Source of the DNA: Myxococcota bacterium
Lineage (GTDB): Bacteria; Myxococcota_A; Polyangia; Nannocystales; Nannocystaceae
Direction: 5' to 3'
Length of the DNA: 64,000 bases
NCBI GenBank assembly: GCA_039028615.1
Contig: JBCCHT010000001.1
Span: 576,001-640,000, forward strand
The notes beneath the pieces are model-generated. The model was not told the DNA's origin and did no database searches. It was given only the letters and a program-made list of their open reading frames with translations. This document shows positions 57,723-64,000 of this stretch, in pieces. Every line of letters starts with the position of its first letter. The stretch's first letter is position 1. The position numbers were made by a program, and so were the translations under genes.

Positions 57723-58559
57723 CTAGTAGAAGCCGACCTGGTCGATCGCGTAGTCGAAGTCCATCCCGGCGCCGACCTGGAACTGGACCGACATCAGCGT
57801 GGCGGGATCGAAGGTCGCCTCGAGGCCCCAGCCCTCTTGGAAGGCCTCGGCGAAGTCGACGGTGTACTGCGTCCACTCGTCGGTGAGCGGGACGATCTTG
57901 CCGTGGGCGTCGTCGCACTCGTCCTCGCAGGTACCACCCGCGTCCACGGCCACGACGCCCTCGACGAGGAGCTTGACGCGAATGGGCACGGTGCCGCGAG
58001 CATGGAACACGATGCCTTGGTGCGCGCTGGCATCGTAGGGCATGCGGATGCCGTCGCCGCCATCGGGATCACCCTCGTTGTTGAGGTCGACGCCCACGCC
58101 CGCGCCCCACGTGGTGAAGCCGGTGCCGCTGGTCTGCGCTTGGAACAGGCTGGTGCCCGGGCCGCCCGCGGTGGGCTCGAAGGGCGTGGGCGGCAGCTGC
58201 TCGGAGCCCTTGGTCTCGTCGTTGTAGGTGTACCAGGCGCCCTGGCGACCGTTGGCGGCCAGGATGAGCGGGTCGCCGTCCTCGAGGTCGTCGATCATGT
58301 TGCCGGGCTCGATCTCGATGTCGTTGGAGCCGGAGCCCGTCTCGCCGCCGCCGCTGCCGTCGTCGCTGCCGTCGGCGCCATCGGTCGCGCCGTCGGTGGC
58401 TCCGTCGTCGCCGTCGGTGGCTCCGTCGTCACCCGTACCGCTCGGGTCCACGCCGCTGGCGTTGGTCGTGCTGCTCGACTCGCTCGAGTCACACGCGACG
58501 GACACGAAGCCCATGCTCAAAGCACACAGCATCCCCATGAAAACTTTCGTATTGGACAT
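57723..58559 (-). CDS. Carbohydrate-binding (CBM11/galactose-binding-like) lipoprotein
   Basis: SVAC lipobox; IDDLEDGD, GAWYTYND, WGAGVG, YDASAHQGIVFHARG, WTQYTVDF, IDQVGFY. Confidence 0.75.
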   Translation of the reverse strand: MSNTKVFMGMLCALSMGFVSVACDSSESSSTTNASGVDPSGTGDDGATDGDDGATDGATDGADGSDDGSGGGETGSGSNDIEIEPGNMIDDLEDGDPLILAANGRQGAWYTYNDETKGSEQLPPTPFEPTAGGPGTSLFQAQTSGTGFTTWGAGVGVDLNNEGDPDGGDGIRMPYDASAHQGIVFHARGTVPIRVKLLVEGVVAVDAGGTCEDECDDAHGKIVPLTDEWTQYTVDFAEAFQEGWGLEATFDPATLMSVQFQVGAGMDFDYAIDQVGFY

Positions 58560-58614
58560 TTGCCTTCCAGACCTTTCTCGTCGATCGTTGAGTATTCACG
58601 AAGCGGGCCCGAAC

Positions 58615-59790
58615 CTAGCCCGCCATCAAAGCGGTACGAACGATTTGTCCGGCCGCACTGGGCGTACCCGCCCAGTCGTTGATCAGCGAGGGGAAGTCAC
58701 ACCCCCCCGGGTACCAAGCCCACGCGGTCCACGACAGATCGCGCTGGGCCGCGTAGGAAATTAGCTGGGACAGATATTCGGTCGAACAATCGAAGGTGCC
58801 GAACTCGGTGATGAGCACGGGATGGTCCGCCGTCAGGTTGCCCCAGTCGCCATCCCAGTCGCTCGGGCCCTTGCCCGGCAAGTCGTAGGGATGCGTGGCG
58901 TAGGTGATGTTGTAGCCGCTGAGCGGAGTGCCGGGCACTCCCGACAGGTCGTAGCCATAGTCGAGGCCGCCGAGCACCACCAGGTTGTCGGCCCCCGAGT
59001 TACGCACGGTATCGTAGAGGGTCTGCATGCCCACGGCCATGAAGCCGTCGCCGCTGTCTCCTCCGTCGCGCCAGACCTGCCAGGTGACGTCGTGGGGCTC
59101 GTTGTACAGCTCGAAGATCACCCGGCCGTCATCCGCGTAGCGCTGCGCGACCTGAGACCAGAACAACACCGAGTGGTTGTCGGCCATGCGTTGCTGACCG
59201 GGCGTGACGCCCCAGTCGCCGCGGTCGGACCAATGAAGATCGAGGATGACGTCCATCCCGGCCGCGTGGGCCCACTCGATCTGCTGGTCGATGCGCTCGG
59301 GGTAGCCGGGGGCGTACACGACTGATCCCTCCAGCCAAAAGCCTTGGTTGAGCGCGATGCGGACGGCGTTGGATCCCCAGCTCGCCATCAGCTGATAGTC
59401 CTGGGGACTGAGGTCCTCCCCCATGTCGTTCCACTCGAGCGAGGGTCGGTCGACACCGCGAAACACATGGGGCGTGCCCGACTCGTGATAGATGGTGTTG
59501 CCGAGGACGTAGTAGCCGTCCGGTGCGGTCGGCGGCTGCTCTTGCCCGCCCGTGCTCTCGTCCCCGGTGCCCGTCTCGTCGTTACCGTCGGTAGCTTCGG
59601 CCGCGTCGTCATCACTCGCAGCCGTGTCCTCGACCCCCTGAGTCCCTTGTCCGGAGTCCGTCGCGACGTCCGTGCCGAAGGCTCCGTCGTCGCTGCTCCC
59701 GACCGTGCACGCCAGCGGGAGCGCCGCGACTACGAGGCTCCACGCGGTGGACCGGCGTCGCGCTGGCCCCTGGTCAATGCCCGATTGCAC
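58615..59790 (-). CDS. GH5 endoglucanase-like glycoside hydrolase, lipoprotein
   Basis: NAVRIAL, VILDLHW, FELYNEP (acid/base), THPY, ITEFG (nucleophile), WTAWAW; PLAC lipobox. Start uncertain. Confidence 0.9.
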   Translation of the reverse strand: MQSGIDQGPARRRSTAWSLVVAALPLACTVGSSDDGAFGTDVATDSGQGTQGVEDTAASDDDAAEATDGNDETGTGDESTGGQEQPPTAPDGYYVLGNTIYHESGTPHVFRGVDRPSLEWNDMGEDLSPQDYQLMASWGSNAVRIALNQGFWLEGSVVYAPGYPERIDQQIEWAHAAGMDVILDLHWSDRGDWGVTPGQQRMADNHSVLFWSQVAQRYADDGRVIFELYNEPHDVTWQVWRDGGDSGDGFMAVGMQTLYDTVRNSGADNLVVLGGLDYGYDLSGVPGTPLSGYNITYATHPYDLPGKGPSDWDGDWGNLTADHPVLITEFGTFDCSTEYLSQLISYAAQRDLSWTAWAWYPGGCDFPSLINDWAGTPSAAGQIVRTALMAG

Positions 59791-59827
59791 TGGGGTCGAA
59801 GTGGCGACACGCCACCGAAATCGATGA

Positions 59828-61210
59828 CTATTTTCCACTTTGTCCTTCCGGCACGGCATTTTCGGCGATGATCTGCCGATAGAAGAGCGCGCTGTCCTTC
59901 AGGCGACGCTCCTGCGTCTCGTAGTCGACCCAGACGATCCCGAACCGTTGCGAGTAGCCGAATTGCCACTCGAAATTATCCATTAGCGACCAGACGAAGT
60001 ACCCACGCAGTGGTACGCCATCTTCAATCGCACGATGCGCTTGCTGTAAGTGGCCTCTGAGGAAGCTCAGGCGGCGCATATCCGGGATCGAGCCATCCTC
60101 GGCTGGGCCCGTATCGTAGCTGGCGCCGTTCTCCGTCACGAACAGCGCGTTGGGCTGGTAATCGAGATGAACCCGCAGCAAGGTCTCCCAAAGCCCCTCG
60201 GGATAGCTCTCCCAGCCCATTGCGGTGATCTCGTCGCGGAGCCCGGGTTGCTCCCACGCTCCTTCGTCCTCTTCGGGCTCGGGGAAGCGCACCGATCGCA
60301 CGATGTTGCGTCGGTAGTAGTTGATGCCGAGAAAATCGATAGGTGCCGCGATGGCGGCTTCATCCCCCGACTGGACCTGCGGCAAGCCGGAGGCCGGCAC
60401 GACTTCCTTGTCCCTAAAGTAGTCGAGCATGTCCTCGGGGTAGCCACGGCCGAAGACCGGGTCGAGGAACCACCGGTTGAAAAGGCCGTCGTGCAGCCGA
60501 CGCGCGCGGCGAACTTCGGGCTCCTCGGACGCGCCGTGCATCGGAGCCAGATCGAGCGTGATGCCCACCTGCGCCCCGGAAACGTGGCTGCGAATGGCCG
60601 GCACCGCCCAGCCGTGCGACAGCAGCATGTGGTGCGCGGCAGCCAGAGCCGCCCCCGCATCGCGCACGCCCGGCGCGTGCGCCCCGACGTGGTAGCCGAT
60701 CATGCTGGCGACTCGCGGCTCGTTGTGGGTGACCCAGTGGGCGACGCGATCGCCCAGGCGTCGGGCCACGATCTCCGCGTAGTCGGCGAAGGCCTGCGCG
60801 GTCTCCCGCTTCGGCCAGCCGCCCTCGCGATGGAGCGCCAGCGGCAGATCCCAGTGATAGAGGGTGACGTACGGGGTGATGCCCGCCTCGAGCAGGCCGT
60901 CGACCAGCCGCGAATAGAAGTCCAGACCCGCTTCGTCGACGGCGCCTCGCCCCTGCGGCAGCACGCGCGGCCAGCTGATGGAGAAGCGGTACGCGTGAAG
61001 GCCGAGCTCGCGCATCAGCGCGATGTCCTGCGAAAATCGCTGCACGTGGTCGCACGCGACGCGACCGTCAGTGCCGTCGCTGATCGCTCCGGGCTGCCGA
61101 CAAAAATCGTCCCAGATGGAATCGCCCCGGGAATCTGCCGCCCCTTCGATCTGAAAACAGGAGGTCGCGGCTCCCCAAATGAAGTCGCGCGGGAAGGCGA
61201 GGTCGGCCAT
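59828..61210 (-). CDS. GH1 beta-glucosidase
   Basis: FIWGAATSCFQIEG, YRFSISWPR, TLYHWDLP, THNEP, VTENG, WSLMDNFEW; GGAGG RBS. Confidence 0.97.
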   Translation of the reverse strand: MADLAFPRDFIWGAATSCFQIEGAADSRGDSIWDDFCRQPGAISDGTDGRVACDHVQRFSQDIALMRELGLHAYRFSISWPRVLPQGRGAVDEAGLDFYSRLVDGLLEAGITPYVTLYHWDLPLALHREGGWPKRETAQAFADYAEIVARRLGDRVAHWVTHNEPRVASMIGYHVGAHAPGVRDAGAALAAAHHMLLSHGWAVPAIRSHVSGAQVGITLDLAPMHGASEEPEVRRARRLHDGLFNRWFLDPVFGRGYPEDMLDYFRDKEVVPASGLPQVQSGDEAAIAAPIDFLGINYYRRNIVRSVRFPEPEEDEGAWEQPGLRDEITAMGWESYPEGLWETLLRVHLDYQPNALFVTENGASYDTGPAEDGSIPDMRRLSFLRGHLQQAHRAIEDGVPLRGYFVWSLMDNFEWQFGYSQRFGIVWVDYETQERRLKDSALFYRQIIAENAVPEGQSGK

Positions 61211-61545
61211 CGCTCCCCCTCCAGAGCAAGAACCGTGCGCGCCCACGAACCCAGTAATTTGGCTGGGATTGGTCCGCTGGCCCAGGTCGGCACGGATCAT
61301 TCCCTTCCTGTTTTCAGGCCGGTCGGACCACTGTGCTCCGCCACCTACACACCGGACCAACGTTCGGAATGAACGAAGCCGTGCGGAAAAGAATCATCAA
61401 TTGTTTTGGGGTCTCACCACAACAGAACACGAGGACGGAGCAGGCCACGGCCGCGATTCAAAGCGGCTCCGGGTGGAAGAGTCGCCGCGACATGAGTTGC
61501 AGGCCTGAAGCCGATCAAACCACGCAGGCAGACGGGAACGGGGAC

Positions 61546-62706
<1,161 letters not shown>

Positions 62707-62859
62707 CCGACCGACCAACGTTGGCCGCGTCCCAGCGCGGCCCGGGACCCCGAGTGCAAGAGAGTGCATTCGGGGTTCTTTGCGTTCGGATACACGACGA
62801 TACACAAACGCCTCGGATTGAAATGGCGGCGCCGGGGCGACCTGGTCATGATCAGAGGC

Positions 62860-64000
62860 ATGACTCGCAAGGACTTCCTCCGGCTGTGCTCGATCCTGGG
62901 CGTGGGCATACCCGGACTCCCGTGGCTCGGTGGCTGTGGCGACGAAACCGGCGAGGGCGACGGCGGCTTCAGCGGTGGCGGCAGCGGCAGCGGCAGTGGT
63001 GGTGACGCGAACGTCGAGGGTCGCGGACACGTGCTGATCCTCGGCGCGGGCGTGGGCGGCCTGTCCGCGGCCTACACTCTGCAGCGCATGGGCGTCGATT
63101 TCACCATCCTCGAGGCGTCGAATACCTACGGCGGCCGGGTCAAGATCGATCGCGACTTCGCAGACTTCCCGATCCCGCTGGGCGCCGAGTGGATCGAGAC
63201 CGGCACGGGCTTCCTCGAAGAGCTCGTGGACGATCCCGGCGTGGAGGTCGACGTCGCGACGTTTCCCGATGGCCAGGACCACAAGTTCCGCGGCTCCTCG
63301 TGGCTCCAGTTCTTCGAGCAATTCATCCTGCCCTCCGTCGACGATCGCATTCGGTACGGCGAGCGCGTCACCTCGGTGAACTACGAGGGCGACATCGTCG
63401 AGGTGACCACCGACCAGGGCGTGCACCTCGCGGAGCGCGTGATCGTCTCGGTTCCGCTGCGCATCCTCCAGGTGGGCGACATCGGTTTCCAGCCCGCCCT
63501 CCCCTCGTGGAAGCGCGAGGCGATCGATGGCGTGCCCGTGTGGGATGGCTTCAAGGCGTTCTTCGAGTTCTCCGAGAACTTCTACGAGTCCGGCCCGGGG
63601 GTGGTCGATCCCGTCGCCGATGCAGGAGGCCAGAAGCTCTACTACGACGCAGCTTGGGGTCAGAATTCCTCCCGCCACGTCCTCGGCCTGTTCACGGTGG
63701 GCGAGCCCGCTCGCGACTACACCGAGCGATCGGGCGACGAGCTGCGTGACTTCATCCTCGCCGAGCTCGACGCAGCCTTCGAGGGTCGTGCGACCGCCAC
63801 CTATCTGAACCACGTCGTCCAAGACTGGGGTGACGAGCCGCTGGCCAAGGGTGCCTATCTCGCCGACAACGCCGACTACGAGGTCGTTCAGCAGCTCGGT
63901 CGGCCGGTGGCCAACAAGCTGTTCTTCGGCGGGGGCGCATACACCGACGGCGAAGACTGGGTCTCGGTGCACGTGGCCGCGCGCTCGGGCCGAGACGCCG
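62860..64000 (+). CDS. Flavin monoamine oxidase family lipoprotein with Tat-like signal; 3' partial
   Basis: Not in the ORF track; read by hand: MTRKDFLRLCSILG..LGGC, then ILGAGVGGLSAA..LEAS..GGRV, LGAEWI, W..EP..KGAY, LFFGG. Confidence 0.9.
   Translation, partial: MTRKDFLRLCSILGVGIPGLPWLGGCGDETGEGDGGFSGGGSGSGSGGDANVEGRGHVLILGAGVGGLSAAYTLQRMGVDFTILEASNTYGGRVKIDRDFADFPIPLGAEWIETGTGFLEELVDDPGVEVDVATFPDGQDHKFRGSSWLQFFEQFILPSVDDRIRYGERVTSVNYEGDIVEVTTDQGVHLAERVIVSVPLRILQVGDIGFQPALPSWKREAIDGVPVWDGFKAFFEFSENFYESGPGVVDPVADAGGQKLYYDAAWGQNSSRHVLGLFTVGEPARDYTERSGDELRDFILAELDAAFEGRATATYLNHVVQDWGDEPLAKGAYLADNADYEVVQQLGRPVANKLFFGGGAYTDGEDWVSVHVAARSGRDA

Overview
Very GC-rich bacterial chromosomal window with a myxobacterial character, inferred to be Nannocystaceae-like from the Cys-rich lipoproteins, ADYC domain, Ser/Thr kinase-TPR protein and FAD oxidase lipoprotein. 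About 45 CDSs are supportable; I see no rRNA, tRNA, CRISPR array or mobile element. Core and metabolic genes: rplM-rpsI, nadK, recN, a tyrosine/homogentisate catabolic operon (fahA-maiA-hppD-hmgA), a lipase with its foldase, an AmpG-like MFS, MscS, and a CBM-GH5-GH1 glycan cluster divergent from a sigma54 activator. Most interesting is the left edge (1-3395, minus strand, cut by the window): a 66-aa peptide with a double-glycine leader and a Cys-rich core (GCCVQGCTGC), followed in one apparent operon by gmhA, an unrecognised His-rich 559-aa protein and a nucleotidyltransferase fused to the start of a GmhB-type HAD domain. This is a candidate RiPP cluster carrying its own nucleotide-heptose supply. 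Other notable items: a family A DNA polymerase lacking the 5'-nuclease and most of the thumb tip, a TANNNT box 6-9 nt before at least ten start codons (leaderless-mRNA signature), a catalytically degenerate M23 protein, a degenerate GGDEF protein with intact I-site, a stanniocalcin-like domain, and a PLD with a tandem-duplicated N-terminal domain. All family calls come from motif reading by eye, with no database searches; several start codons are my choice.
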